DNA of 64,000 nucleotides, taken from NCBI GenBank assembly GCA_002269645.1, contig NIVC01003327.1:6033-70032 (forward strand). The letters run 5' to 3'. The notes under the pieces were generated by a model. The model saw only the letters and a list, made by a program, of their open reading frames with translations, had not been told where the DNA came from and did no database searches. Position numbers and translations under genes: made by a program. Of the stretch, positions 42,807-55,452 are shown piece after piece. The first letter of the stretch is position 1. Each line of letters starts with the position of its first letter. The DNA comes from Macrostomum lignano. Taxonomy: Eukaryota.

Positions 42807-44054
42807 TCAACTGTCATGACAGCTGGACATCAAATGGTTGAGCATGTGCTCCTCGAATGCGGCTTGACTGACTTGGTGACCGCCGCACACTTCGCATTGC
42901 CACTGCTCACCAGCCCCGGCTGTCCCGGAGTTTCCGCAGCCGCCCTGCTGGTGCTTGCGCAGATAGGCCGACCGCTTGAACCCGCGGCCGCAGCTCCTGC
43001 ACGCAAACTGCTTGTTCGCGGCCTCCTTGGTTTTGACCGCCCGACAGTCGGGCCGCAGGATGGCGTCGATGCTGAACTGCAGACCGCTGCTGCTGCTGCA
43101 CTTCCTGCCGCTTATGGCGACGTCAGGCTTCGGCTTGTGCCAGCGTCGGTGGCTGGCCAGGTTGGCGGAGCAGTTGAACAGCTTGCCGCAGTCGGAGCAC
43201 CTGTACTCCTCGTACTCGATGCACGGGCACCGATGCTGAGCCAGCTGGAACGCGTCGCCGAAGGTCACCCAGCACAGCTGGCAGACGAAATCGCCAATCC
43301 GATTGACAATTTTTGACAGCGCAGCCTCGGCCTCGGGCGTCACTTCGACGAAGTTAAATGTGGTCACAATGTCCAGCTGGTCGGCTTGGCTTGTCGGGCG
43401 AGCGCGACGGCTTCTTGTGGACTTCGACAGAGCGCGGATGATTGTGCCGCTGACTGGGCTGGCCTTCTGGCTGAGGCAGCACCTCTGAGCTGGCGGACTC
43501 GGCTTGCTGATGACGCCGCTTGGCTTGGCCTTCGGCGTTGAGACTGTCGGACGAGGAGGCGTCGAAGGCGGCGGCGGCGCTGGAGCTGTTGACTTGGCCA
43601 AATCGACCTCTTTGCCGGTGCCGCCCACAGCAGCAGGCTGACCGGTGCAAACCAGTGGCGGCTGCACCGGCTGCATGGCAGCAACAAACTGAAGGTATTG
43701 CTGCTGGATTTGCTGCTGGATCTGCTGCTGGATCTTCAGCGACTCAAGAAACGATACGGCGTTTACAGCGGCTGAGCAGTGAGGAAAAAATCCACCAAAG
43801 TCTGGTACTGTTGCAGGAGACGGCAGCTGAGGTTGCTGGGGCAGCATCTGATGCAGCATCTGAGCTCGAATGGCAGCTGGGAGAGCGAAGCCTCCATCAT
43901 AAAACTTGTACGGGTTGAAGTTCGGATCGTTCGCCTCCATGCGGTGTCTCCGGGGAGTTCTTACTTTCGACAGGTAAAGCTCGGGTTTGCTATTGAGAGC
44001 AGCGAATTGAGGACTCAACCTGATAAGCGAAGGGAGTTTTTTGTGCTCGCACAA
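42807..44054 (-). CDS. INSM1: INSM1/nerfin/EGL-46-like C2H2 zinc-finger transcription factor (intronless)
   Basis: FVEVTPEAEAALSKIVNRIGDFVCQLC...DAFQLAQHRC..I...EYRCSDCGKLFNCSANLASHRRWHKP is the INSM family signature, followed by further fingers. The start may be the ATG at 43940. Confidence 0.9.
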   Translation of the reverse strand: MCEHKKLPSLIRLSPQFAALNSKPELYLSKVRTPRRHRMEANDPNFNPYKFYDGGFALPAAIRAQMLHQMLPQQPQLPSPATVPDFGGFFPHCSAAVNAVSFLESLKIQQQIQQQIQQQYLQFVAAMQPVQPPLVCTGQPAAVGGTGKEVDLAKSTAPAPPPPSTPPRPTVSTPKAKPSGVISKPSPPAQRCCLSQKASPVSGTIIRALSKSTRSRRARPTSQADQLDIVTTFNFVEVTPEAEAALSKIVNRIGDFVCQLCWVTFGDAFQLAQHRCPCIEYEEYRCSDCGKLFNCSANLASHRRWHKPKPDVAISGRKCSSSSGLQFSIDAILRPDCRAVKTKEAANKQFACRSCGRGFKRSAYLRKHQQGGCGNSGTAGAGEQWQCEVCGGHQVSQAAFEEHMLNHLMSSCHDS

Positions 44055-44384
44055 TCAGCAGAATCCATCCTCAGCTTCAGCCTCAGCCTCCTCCGGAATC
44101 CTTGCAAGCAGGCGCGCGAGCCAGCCAACCGCCGGCTCTCATTCCCTCACTCTGCCTCCAGGCCCGCCAGCATTCCTTCGTTCTTCATCTCTCTCTCCTG
44201 ACTGCAGGCAGAATCTCATTGGCTGGGAGGCGGACTCGGACCTGGTGGGGGTGGGGGGAGGGCTACCGGAGCAACTCTCCTATTTTCCCCATCATTGTCT
44301 TCTCCATTACGCTGTCTTTCGGCGCTATAGATTCTCATCAGACCTTCATTTGAGATCCCACAACTTGAGCTGTGAGATCCCAAA

Positions 44385-44805
44385 GCTTGAAGATTTCATT
44401 ATTTCAAAGCTTGAAAATCCCAAAGCTTGAAAATCCCAAAGCTTGAAAATCCCAAAGCTTGAAAATCCCAAAGCTTGAAAATCCCAAAGCTTGAAAATCC
44501 CAAAGCTTGAAAATCCCAAAGCTTGAAAATCCCAAAGCTTGAAAATCCCAAAGCTTGAAAATCCCAAAGCTTGAAAATCCCAAAGCTTGAAAATCCCAAA
44601 GCTTGAAAATCCCAAAGCTTGAAAAAGCTTAAAATTCTCAGAGCTTGAAAATCCCAAAGCTTAAAGATCCTAAAGCTTGAAAATCCCAAAGCTTAAAGAT
44701 CCCAAAGCTTAAAGATCCCAAAGCTTAAAGATCCCAAAGCTTAAAGATCCCAAAGCTTAAAGATCCTAAAGCTTAAAGATCCCAAAGCTTAAAGATCCCA
44801 AGGCT
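44385..44805. repeat. 16-bp minisatellite (AAAGCTTGAAAATCCC)n
   Basis: Directly visible. Confidence 0.93.
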
Positions 44806-45989
44806 TCAATCGAGATCCCTATCTAAAGCTTTAATCCTAGCAAATTTTAAGCTTCAAGATTTCAAACACATCATTATCGTTTCTAGGATTCAAGACAATT
44901 TGATAGAACAGATATTTTTGCATGTACGCTCGTAAGAGCTGGGTAAATAGGATGCCTATACATTCGTGTCTCGCACACATCATCAGACAATCGAATTGAA
45001 TTCTACTTAGCAGTATATACATGTATGCTCGATCCACATATGCACTAGCTTTGACTAGCCTACTTGTTAAATGCTCGTTTATTGCCTGTACACAAGTGGC
45101 ATATATATATGGTCAATCCATCATATTTTTACACAGCTCAGCAATCGTATACAAGCACGGGGGCCACTATGTACAGGCATTCGTTCACGGTCTCATTATA
45201 CCTGTGCACACATTGCCAATTCTGATGGCAGTATAATATGGTAGTAGTATAGTTAGTAGCAGTGCCAACAGCCAAATATATTATAGCATCAAGCGAGCCT
45301 TTATAACATCGGATTCTGATTGATTCAAATTTATATTGTGTAGCCACCCAAACGAGAGCTGAACAAACTGATACTGCAGGTATAAGGGCTGCTCTGTATA
45401 CAGGGGGGGGGAGAGCTTGATACACATGCATGCAGATAGATAGAGATTGAGAGATGCTGCTTGCTTGCATGGCTGCTGTGGCTGCTGCATTGGCGCAGAT
45501 TAAATTCCTCAAACAGTGAGGGTCTCCATAGCCCCACATGCGGCCTGTGCTCAACCAGCATAGGTCAGTGAGCCTTGGAAGCTCATATCCGCTCTCCGTC
45601 ATCTCCCTCTCTCTCGCTCCCAGCTTCCCTAACCCCCCACTTGTTAGAGGAAGGATCATAGAGCTCTGTAGTCGATTTCCTAATTTTTCATTAAGCAAAG
45701 ACCCCCTCACAGTTGGGCCCGAAATCACGGCTGAGTAGAGTCTGAGAGGAAATTGAAATATTAACAGCGGTGCGCAGACACATGCTATATCAAAGAGCCC
45801 CAATTTCCCGAGCAAGTTTAACATTTTTCCTCTGACTCCTCCTTAATTTGGTGCGAGTAATTTCTTTTGGGAATCAATCCGAAGCGTGAGAAATCATAAA
45901 CTGAAAGGATTGCAGGCCTGTAATGTATACTGATGCCTGAGAATGGCTATAATTTAAACAGGCGCTTGTGCATTTGCCATGATATGAGT

Positions 45990-46310
45990 AACCAGGGGCT
46001 TTAGCACCAGGGGCTTTAGCAACCAGGGGCTTTAGCACCAGGGGCTTTAGAACCAGGGGATTTAGCACCAGGGGCTTTAGCACCAGGGGCTTTAGCACCA
46101 GGGGCTTTAGAACCAGGGGCTTTAGAACCAGGGGCTTTAGAACCAGGGGCTTTAGCACCAGAGGCTTTAGCACCAGGGGCTTTAGCACCAGGGGATTTAA
46201 CACCAGGGGCTTTAGAACCAGGGGATTTAGAACCAGGGGCTTTAGCACCAGGGGCTTTAGAACCAGGGGCTTTAGAACCAGGGGATTTAGCACCAGGGGA
46301 TTTAGCACCA
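45990..46310. repeat. 15-bp minisatellite (GGGGCTTTAGCACCA)n
   Basis: Directly visible. Confidence 0.93.
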
Positions 46311-47144
46311 CAGGGCCGCTGAGATACTGCAGGGGTTCCGAAACGCAGCATCATAATCATTGAAAAAAGTAATAAAAATTTCAGTTCAAAGTCGTATTGT
46401 CAACATGCAAGGTTTTGTCGATCCTAATACCATTTTAATCCTAACTAAATAGTCAAAGAAGCATTTTCCAATTTCCAAACTAAATCCTAAGCGTCTTTGC
46501 AGTGTGAGAAAAAAAGAATTTCTTAGTGTTAATTCAGAGTCGCCCTGCCCATCCATCTCTTAGAAAGGATTACAGCAATGCGGCAGCAGTATTAAGACAG
46601 CTTTCTTCAGACACAGAATCTGCTTCCGACTCAATAACAATTGTCTTTGCCAGCCTGTGTTGCAGATTTTAATTATCTGCACACAGAACTGATTCTCTCG
46701 CATCAATCGGCCCAACTAATCTCCCGCACCCGCACAGGTAGGGGGATGCGGCATGAAGGATGGGATGGAATCCTGTGCAGTAAAGCTACAGCCGGTCAAG
46801 CTACAGCATGCGCCTCCGGGCGGAGCGAGCCATGGTAAACCGCGCTCGAGCATTCTATCAGATCTGCAGCCACTTGAGCATGTCCCGGCTTTTTTTACCA
46901 ACAGACCATGCGCACAGAATATCTGGTAAAGGAATAAATTCTGACTCTCAATTGAATACCGAATTGCAATCCGATACCCCGGCAGAGGCTCTCCAAGGAT
47001 TTTGCCAACCGTGCGCGGCTTTCTCTCCGGCTGGGAGTGCAGGAATACGACAGGTGCGCACGGCTGATCCGAGGGCCAGAGGGGCGGCTGCGGGTCAGGG
47101 AGACCGATGGGAGAAACGGGATGACAGCAGGGAGGAGGGTCAGT

Positions 47145-48115
47145 GAGAGGGAGATGGGGAATGAGAGTGAAAAGGGAAGTGAGATCGGAAGTGAGAGTGA
47201 GAGTGAGATGGAGAGTGAGAGTGAGATGGGGAGCGAGAGGGAGATGGGGAGTGAGAGAGATGGAGAGTGAGATTGGGAGTGAGATGGAGACTGAGATAGG
47301 GGGTTAGGGTGAGATGGAGAATGAGATGGGGAGCGAGAGTGAGATGGGGAGTGAGAGTGAGATGGGGAGCGAGAGTGAGATGGGGAGCGAGAGTGAGATG
47401 GGGAGCGAGAGTGAGATGGGGAGTGAGATTGGGAGTGAGTTTGGGAGTGAAATGGGGAGCGAGAGTGAGATGGGGAGCGAGAGTGAGATGGGGAGTGAGA
47501 GTGAGATGGGGAGCGAGAGTGAGATGGGGAGCGAGAGTGAGATGGGGAGCGAGAGTGAGATGGGGAGTGAGATTGGGAGTGAGTTTGGGAGTGAAATGGG
47601 GAGCGAGAGTGAGATGGGGAGCGAGAGTGAGATGGGGAGTGAGATTGGGAGAGAGTTTCGGAGTGAGATTGAGATGGAGAGTGAGATTGGGAGTAAGATT
47701 GGGAGTGAGAGTAAGATTGGTAGTGAGATTGGGAGTGAGATTGGGAGTGAGAGTGAGATGGAGAGTGAGGGTGAGATGGAGAGTTGGTGAGATGGAGAAT
47801 GAGATGGAGAGCGAGAGTGGTATGGGAGTGAGATTGGGAGCGGGAGTGAGATGGGGAGTGAGAGTGAGTTGGAGAGTGAGGGTGAGATGGAGAGTTGGTG
47901 AGATGGAGAATGAGATGGAGAGCGAGAGTGGTATGGGAGTGAGATTGGGAGCGGGAGTGAGATGGGGAGTGAGAGTGAGATGGAGACTGAGATGGGGAGT
48001 GAGATTGGGAGTGAGAGTGAGATGGAGACTGAGATGGGGAGTGAGATTGGGAGTGAGAGTGAGATGGAGACTGAGATGGGGAATGAGGGTGAGATGGAGG
48101 GTGAGATGGAGGGTG
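47145..48115. repeat. GA-rich compound repeat (GAGTGAGATGGG-based units)
   Basis: Directly visible. Confidence 0.9.
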
Positions 48116-48639
48116 CTGGTCTTCCTAGCACAGCCAGTTCGCCCAACCTTCGACAAAGTCATAAATAAATAAACAAGGTCTTCGTGCCCGAGAAACACAC
48201 CGATTTCTCGTACGCCAAGCGCTGGCAGACACGAAAGCTTCATTCAGACATCAACGAAACGCGGTACGCGGAAGCGACGCCTCGGTCATCCGGAAAGGAT
48301 GCCAGTTAAGGGAGTGGTTGGAGATTCCCCAATTCCCGTTGATATTTACCCGACAAAAAAGTAACCCAAGTCAAATCTGCGTCAATAATTAATTTATTAT
48401 TTGAAAATACAATTTTATTTGAGGCAAAAATTAAGCACATTAATTATTCATATTGCGGAGACAAAACTACAAACTCAAGAAAATTCCATATCAAGATATT
48501 TATCTGCATAACACTGTGATGAGAGAATTTACAGCATTCCTGCGTTAGCTGAATAAGAATACTTTGCTTCTTTTTAATAGTAAACTGCGGTTCACCGCGT
48601 ATTGATTCACTCTTAGCGTTTCAGGTTATTTTAACCTTG

Positions 48640-48682
48640 CTACCTATCCACCCATCTATCTATCTGTCTATCTATCTGTCTG

Positions 48683-48717
<35 letters not shown>

Positions 48718-48814
48718 GTCTATCTATCTGTCTGTCTATCTATCTGTCTGTCTATCTATCTATCTATCTATCTATCTGTCTATCTATTTGTCTATCTATC
48801 TGTCTATCTATCTG

Positions 48815-48869
<55 letters not shown>

Positions 48870-48870
48870 G

Positions 48871-48909
<39 letters not shown>

Positions 48910-49050
48910 GTCTATCTATCTGTCTGTCTATCTATCTATCTATCTATCTATCTGTCTATCTATTTGTCTATCTATCTGTCTATCTATCTATCTGTCTATC
49001 TATCTATCTATCTACCCATCTATCTATCTATCTATCTGTCTATCTATCTG

Positions 49051-49089
<39 letters not shown>

Positions 49090-49345
49090 GTCTATCTATT
49101 TGTCTATCTATCTGTCTATCTATCTGTCTATATATATATCTATCTGTCTATCTATCTGTCTATATATCTATCTATCTGTCTATCTATCTATCTGTCTATC
49201 TGTCTATCTATCTGTCTATCTATCTGTCTATCTATCTGTCTATCTATCTATCTATCTATCTATCTATGTCTATCTATCTATCTATCTGTCTATCTATCTG
49301 TCTATCTATCTGTCTATCTATTTGTCTATCTATCTATCTATCTCT
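48640..49345. repeat. (TCTA/TCTG)n microsatellite
   Basis: Directly visible. Confidence 0.95.
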
Positions 49346-49417
49346 CTATCGAACAAATTGTTGATAAACTTGACCTTCTTTCCCTAGAAGAATATTGATG
49401 TACCCCTCATAGCAGAG

Positions 49418-51116
49418 TCAAGCCAATCCAGAAGTCTGCCGCTTCTTCTGCAGCAGCTCCGGCTCGGTGGACATCCAAGCCTGCAGCATCTTGATGTCGA
49501 GCAGCATAAGCCGCAGCGCCATAGTCCAACGTTCGTCCTTATTTCCAGCCCGAACAATTGCGAATCTCTGGCCGGAGTCTTCAATCTCTTTAGGCGGGTG
49601 CAGCGGATATGGCGCCAGCCGGTCTTTGCCGTAGCGATCGCGAACGAAGGCCAGCAGCTCAGTGACGCAGCTGAGGTAGGCGGACATGCCCGAGTCGAAT
49701 GCCGAGTCTGAGAACAAGCGGCCGTGGCTCGAATAGAGCGGCAGCGATCTGAGGGGAGTGCGATTGAGGGCTAGGATTAGGGGCAGGTGATCCCCAAGGC
49801 TTCGAGTGAGCATGATTGATGGGGGAAAGCTCGAATCTTCTCAAGCTCGAATCTTCCCAAGCTCGAATCTTCTCAAGCTCATATCTTCCCATGCTCGAAT
49901 CTTTAGAAGCTCTAATCTTTAGAAGCTCGAATCTTCTCAAGCTCGAATCTTCTCAAGCTCGAATATTATTAAGCTCGAATTTTTTAAAGCTCGAATCTTC
50001 TCAAGCTCGAATCTTCCCAAGCTCGAATCTTCTCAAGTCATATCTTCCCAAGCTAGAATCTTCTCAAGTCATATCTTCCCAAGCTCGAATCTTCTCAAGC
50101 TCATATCTTCCCAAGCTCGAATCTTCTCAAGTTCGAACCTTCCCAAGCTCGAATCTTCCCAAGCTCGAATCTTCCCAAGCTCGAATCTTCTCAAGTTCGA
50201 ACCTTCCCAAGCTCGAATCTTCCCAAGCTAGAATCTTCCCAAGCTAGAATCTTCCCAAGCTCGAATCTTCTCAAGCTCATATCTTCCCAAGCTCGAATCT
50301 TCTCAAGCTCGAATCTTCTCAAGTTCGAACCTTCCCAAGCTCGAATCTTGAAATGGTTCAAACTAATTCTTCAGGATGATGTAAAATTTCCAGCTTGTCA
50401 AAGTAACCCTATGAACGATTAGAAAGTCAGAGCCGCTGTATACATGAAAAAAGTTTTAATTTGCATACAACACTACTGAACTGAATTTCCTGAGTAGAAA
50501 AATACGGACATGATGAAGTAAAACGCAAAAAATAAGTAAAACATTTTGAATTTCTGCACCTTCCCGTAGCTAAGAGTCGCATCTCGGACTGGCTGGCGCA
50601 GGGCACAACGGTGTACACAGTTGAGGCGAAGCCCAGCCTGTGGGACACGGCCTGCAGCAGCAGGGCGCACTGGCCCCAGCCGGCATTCAGCTCGGCCCAG
50701 TCGATCTGTCCACCCGCCGGCCGGCCCATTCGGAAGCCGCCAATGCTGGCAATGTGAGCGTCGTACCAGATGTGAAACGCCGCCCCGAGTACGCTGGTGT
50801 TCTGCAGCCTGTTCAGCTCCGACTCTGCGTAGGCCTGAGCCATGCATAGAGAGAAGGGGTGGGGTTGCTCAACCGCGAATTCAACCCTTTGAACCCTAGC
50901 ATTCAAAGTTTACTACGATACATATCGGTGATGGAACAAAGTCCCGCTATAGACAGACAGACAGAAAGAAAGACAGACAGACAGACAGACAGACCGACAG
51001 ACACACAGACAGACAGACAGAGAGACAGACAGAGAGACAGACAGACAGACAGACAGAGACAGACAGACAGACAGAGACAGACAGACAGACACACAGACAG
51101 ACAGACAGACAGACAC

Positions 51117-51191
<75 letters not shown>

Positions 51192-51258
51192 CACAGACAG
51201 ACAGACACACAGACAGAAAGACAGACAGACACACAGACAGACAGACAGACAGACAGAC

Positions 51259-51291
<33 letters not shown>

Positions 51292-51344
51292 CACAGGCAG
51301 ACAGACACACAGACAGACAGACACACAGGCAGACAGACAGACAC

Positions 51345-51377
<33 letters not shown>

Positions 51378-53131
51378 TAGACAGACAGACAGACAGACAG
51401 ACACACAGGCAGACAGACACACAGGCAGACAGACACACAGACAGACACACAGACAGACCTGCTGGTTCCTGGTAGCGGACAGCTCCTCATCCAGCAGGAA
51501 CAGCTGCCGCTTGAGCTCAGAGTAAGCGTGCTGCAGCTGCTGGTGCTCGGCCGTCAGAGCGGATTTCTTTGCCTCCTCGGCGTCGGCTTCGGCTCGAACT
51601 TCTGCCAGCTCGGCTCCGGTGGACTCGAGCTCGGCGCGTAGCTCAGCCTCCTCTGCCTCCAGCCGGGCCAGCGCCGCCTCTTCATCGTCGTGGTCGGTGT
51701 CGGCGTCGTCGGCGGGATCGGCCGACACCTCCGAGGCGTCGTTGTCGAACCGACGGTTTCGTCCGTCGGTGCCGGCCAGTGTCAGGTGCTCCAGGTAGCG
51801 GCGCATGCAGGCCAGCTCCTCTTCTAGCTGGCGTACTCGGTCGGCCTGTGAGGTGAGCAGTGAGGGAGGACTGTTTCTTAGAAACGAGTTTAAATCTTAG
51901 GGTTTAGATTAGGGTTTAGACTAGGGTTTAGATTAGGGTTTAGATTAGGGTTTAGACTAGGGTTTAGATTAGGGTTTAGACTAGGGTTTAGATTAGGGTT
52001 TAGATTAGGGTTTAGACTAGGGTTTAGATTAGGGTTTAGATTAGGGTTTAGACTAGGGTTTAGATTAGGGTTTAGATTAGGGTTTAGACTAGGGTTTAGA
52101 TTAGGGTTTAGATTAGGGTTTAGATTAGGGTTTAGACTAGGGTTTAGATTAGGGTTTAGACTAGGGTTTAGATTAGGGTTTAGACTAGGGTTTAGACTAG
52201 GGTTTAGATTAGGGTTTAGACTAGGGTTTAGATTAGGGTTTAGACTAGGGTTTAGACTAGGGTTTAGATTAGGGTTTAGACTAGGGTTTAGACTAGGGTT
52301 TAGATTAGGGTTTAGATTAGGGTTTAGACTAGGGTTTAGATTAGGGTTTAGACTAGGGTTTAGATTAGGGTTTAGACTAGGGTTTAGACTAGGGTTTAGA
52401 CTAGGGTTTAGATTAGGGTTTAGACTAGGGTTTAGACTAGGGTTTAGATTAGGGTTTAGACTAGGGTTTAGATTAGGGTTTAGACTAGGGTTTAGACTAG
52501 GGTTTAGATTAGGGTTTAGACTAGGGTTTAGACTAGGGTTTAGATTAGACCCGATTGATAATTAGATTAGAATAAACAATCGAAGTCCCCAACCTGCAGC
52601 TCAGCAAGAACATCGGCGCAGTCGGTGCACAGCGGGTGGTCAGCCGCGCAGTTGGCGTTCAAAAATTCAAATAGGCGTTCGAATACCGCCAATCGAGTGC
52701 TCAAATTCTGGCTAATGCTGGGCGCGCTGTCTAGCAGCAGGAAGTCGTGACTTGCGGACTCTGAGTCGCAGCTGGCAGACATTGTTGTGCACTGTTGCTG
52801 CTGCTGCTGTTGCTGTTGCTGCTGCGAGTCGCCACTCTGTTCTGAGTCAGCCTGAGGCATTGTTGACGCAATAATGCAAAATCTGAATTAAGATTTTGCA
52901 CAAGTATTTCATGCAGAGGAAATTTTTGGCCAGACTCACCATAGCAACCGATCGACTTTGAAACGTATTGATTGTCGCCTGCACGGCCTCCCTGTCGAGG
53001 CCTCGCAGAGTGGCGTTTAGGTTCAGACGGACGCAGCAGCGCTGACAGCGGAATGACGACTGCAGCAGAGCCTTGGCGGCCGTGGCTGGCGAGTCCTTGC
53101 TGACTGGCGACTGGCGACCGCTGGAGTCCAT
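49418..53131 (-). CDS. BECN1: Beclin-1 / Atg6, 5 exons, ~480 aa
   Basis: Exons 53131-52940, 52851-52594, 51845-51459, 50834-50560 and 49748-49418 are phase-consistent and total 1443 nt. Motifs: [14 protein letters not shown], coiled coil, [44 protein letters not shown] and [16 protein letters not shown]. Confidence 0.92.
49830..50350. repeat. 16-bp minisatellite (AAGCTCGAATCTTC[T/C]C)n in Beclin intron 4
   Basis: Directly visible. Confidence 0.9.
50950..51457. repeat. (GACA)n microsatellite in Beclin intron 3
   Basis: Directly visible; runs right up to the splice donor. Confidence 0.95.
51896..52548. repeat. Telomere-like 12-bp array ([T/C]TAGGGTTTAGA)n in Beclin intron 2
   Basis: Directly visible; contains TTAGGG. 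Confidence 0.95.
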
Positions 53132-53149
53132 GGCTGAAATTGCGTCAAC

Positions 53150-53765
53150 TGGTTCTGTAGCTGACTGGTTCTGTAACTGACTGATTCTGTAACTGACTGA
53201 TTCGGTAACTGACTGATTCTGTAACTGACAGGTTCTGTAACTGACTGATTCTGTAACTGACTGATTCTGTATCTGACTGATTCTGTAACTGACTGATTCT
53301 GTAACTGACTGATTCTGTAACTGACTGATTCGGTAACTGACAGATTCTGTAACTGACAGGTTCTGTAACTGACTGATTCTGTAACTGACTGATTCTGTAA
53401 CTGACAGGTTCTGTAACTGACTGATTCTGTAACTGACTGATTCTGTAACTGACAGGTTCTGTAACTGACTGATTCTGTAACTGACTGATTCTGTAACTGA
53501 CTGATTCTGTAACTGACTGATTCGGTAACTGACTGATTCTGTAACTGACTGATTCTGTAACTGACTGATTCTGTAACTGACTGGTTCTGTAACTGACAGG
53601 CTGTAACTGACAGGTTCTGTAACTGACTGATTCTGTAACTGACTGATTCTGTAACTGACTGATTCTGTAACTGACTGGTTCTGTAACTGACAGGTTCTGT
53701 AACTGACTGATTCTGTAACTGACTGATTCTGTAACTGACTGTTCTGTAACTGACTGGTTCTGTAA
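53150..53765. repeat. 16-bp minisatellite (CTGTAACTGACTGATT)n just upstream of the Beclin start
   Basis: Directly visible. Confidence 0.93.
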
Positions 53766-54424
53766 CAGGCTACTGTAATTTTTTAACAGTGTACAACAAC
53801 CTAAAGATGCACAAAAGCAGCAAAAGCAGAACATCTTTCAGAAACTGTAGTTTGTATATGTGACGACATGATGTGACAAATAATATTAACATAACAATAT
53901 AGCACAATAGCCACAGCTTTTTACATCATACAAAGAGCAAATTACTGTACAAAATACTTGCGGGTCAAAAAAAATTTGCAGACGATAAGCATAACAAAAA
54001 CTTTATAAAGAACCTATCACGATATTTATAGAAAATGTTAATAAACATAGAGTTGATAACAGGGTAAACACAAAGATAATATCAGCGATAATTTAAAACT
54101 GACATACAAATGTCATACGGTTTGCATTATTACGACACAAAATAAAGTGACTAGCAAGTTTTGATACAGCAAAACTACACAAAAGGTAAACAATGAAGGA
54201 GCGTTAAAGTGCAATGACCAATTGGTGTATGCAAAATAAAAAATTTAATGATTTATTGATAGCAAAAACAATCAAGATAAGCTCAGCCGTTTTGATTGAC
54301 AGGAGTTGACAGTAATATAAACAAGAGTTAGCAACTCTGCCCACTTGTAAATTCAATTTTTATATCTATTTTTAAAAGTTCTCGTTCGTCAAGGTTATAT
54401 GCCTAAGAATTTTTAAAGCATCAA

Positions 54425-55290
54425 TTCCACTTCCGGTTTCTTAATTGCGCTTCTACCTCACTTCCGGTTTCTTAATTTGGATTGTATCTCACTTAAGGAT
54501 GCATAATTAGGCTTTTATCTCACTTCCGGTTGCATAACTAAGCTTCTATCTCACTTCCGGTTTATTAATTTGGATTTTATCTCACTTAAGGATGCATAAT
54601 TAGGCTTTTATCTCACTTCCGGTTGCATAACTAAGCTTCTATCTCACTTCCGGTTTATTAATTTGGATTTTATCTCACTTAAGGATGCATAATTAGGCTT
54701 TTATCTCACTTCCGGTTGCATAACTAAGCTTCTATCTCACTTCCGGTTTCTTAATTTGGATTTTATCTCACTTAAGGATGCATAATTAGGCTTTTATCTC
54801 ACTTCCGGTTGCATAATTAAGCTTTTATCTCACTTACAGTTGCATAATTAGGCTTTTATCTCACTTCCGGTTGCATAACTAAGCTTCTATCTCACTTCCG
54901 GTTGCACAATTAGGCTTCTATCTCACTTTCGGTTGCACAGTTAGGCTTCCATCTCACTTAAAGTTACATAATTAAGCCTTTATCCCACTTACAGTTGCAT
55001 AATTATGCTTTTATCTTACTTCTGGTTGCATAATTAGGCTTCTACCTCACTTCCGGTTGCATAGTTAAGCTTCTACCTCACTTCCGGTTGTATAGTTTAG
55101 CTTCTGTCTCACTTCCGGTTGCAAAATTAAGCTTCCATCTTACTTCCGGTTACAAAAATTCAGCTTATGTCTTACTTCCGATTGCATAATTGAGCCTCTA
55201 TTTCACTTCTGGTTGCACAATTAGACTTTCATCTTACTTGCGGTTGCATAATTTAGCTTCAATCTTACTTCCGGTTGTATAGTTAAGCTT
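54425..55290. repeat. ~31-bp minisatellite containing CACTTCCGGTT
   Basis: Directly visible; unit approximately TTTTATCTCACTTCCGGTTGCATAATTAGGC. Confidence 0.9.
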
Positions 55291-55452
55291 CTATTCCACC
55301 TTTGCTCGTCTCAATTATAACTAAATAATCGTATTTAACCAACAGAATAAAAACACAGAAAATTCCTACTTTTCATGCGCATTTAGGACTAGACTAGACT
55401 AAAAAGACGAACATAAAAGACAAACAAACAATCTTCTGTCCGACAATGAAAT

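Noticed and set aside
45138-45824. ORF with LPLTSGGLG, reminiscent of a non-LTR RT C-terminus
   Set aside because: Single short motif, no RT core, no tail or TSD.
48148-48243. F-box-like first exon MKLSCLPALGVREIGVFLGHEDL
   Set aside because: Plausible pattern with a donor site, but no convincing downstream exon; too weak to call.
51896-52548. True chromosome end
   Set aside because: The array is flanked by in-phase Beclin exons on both sides and the repeat is not pure TTAGGG.
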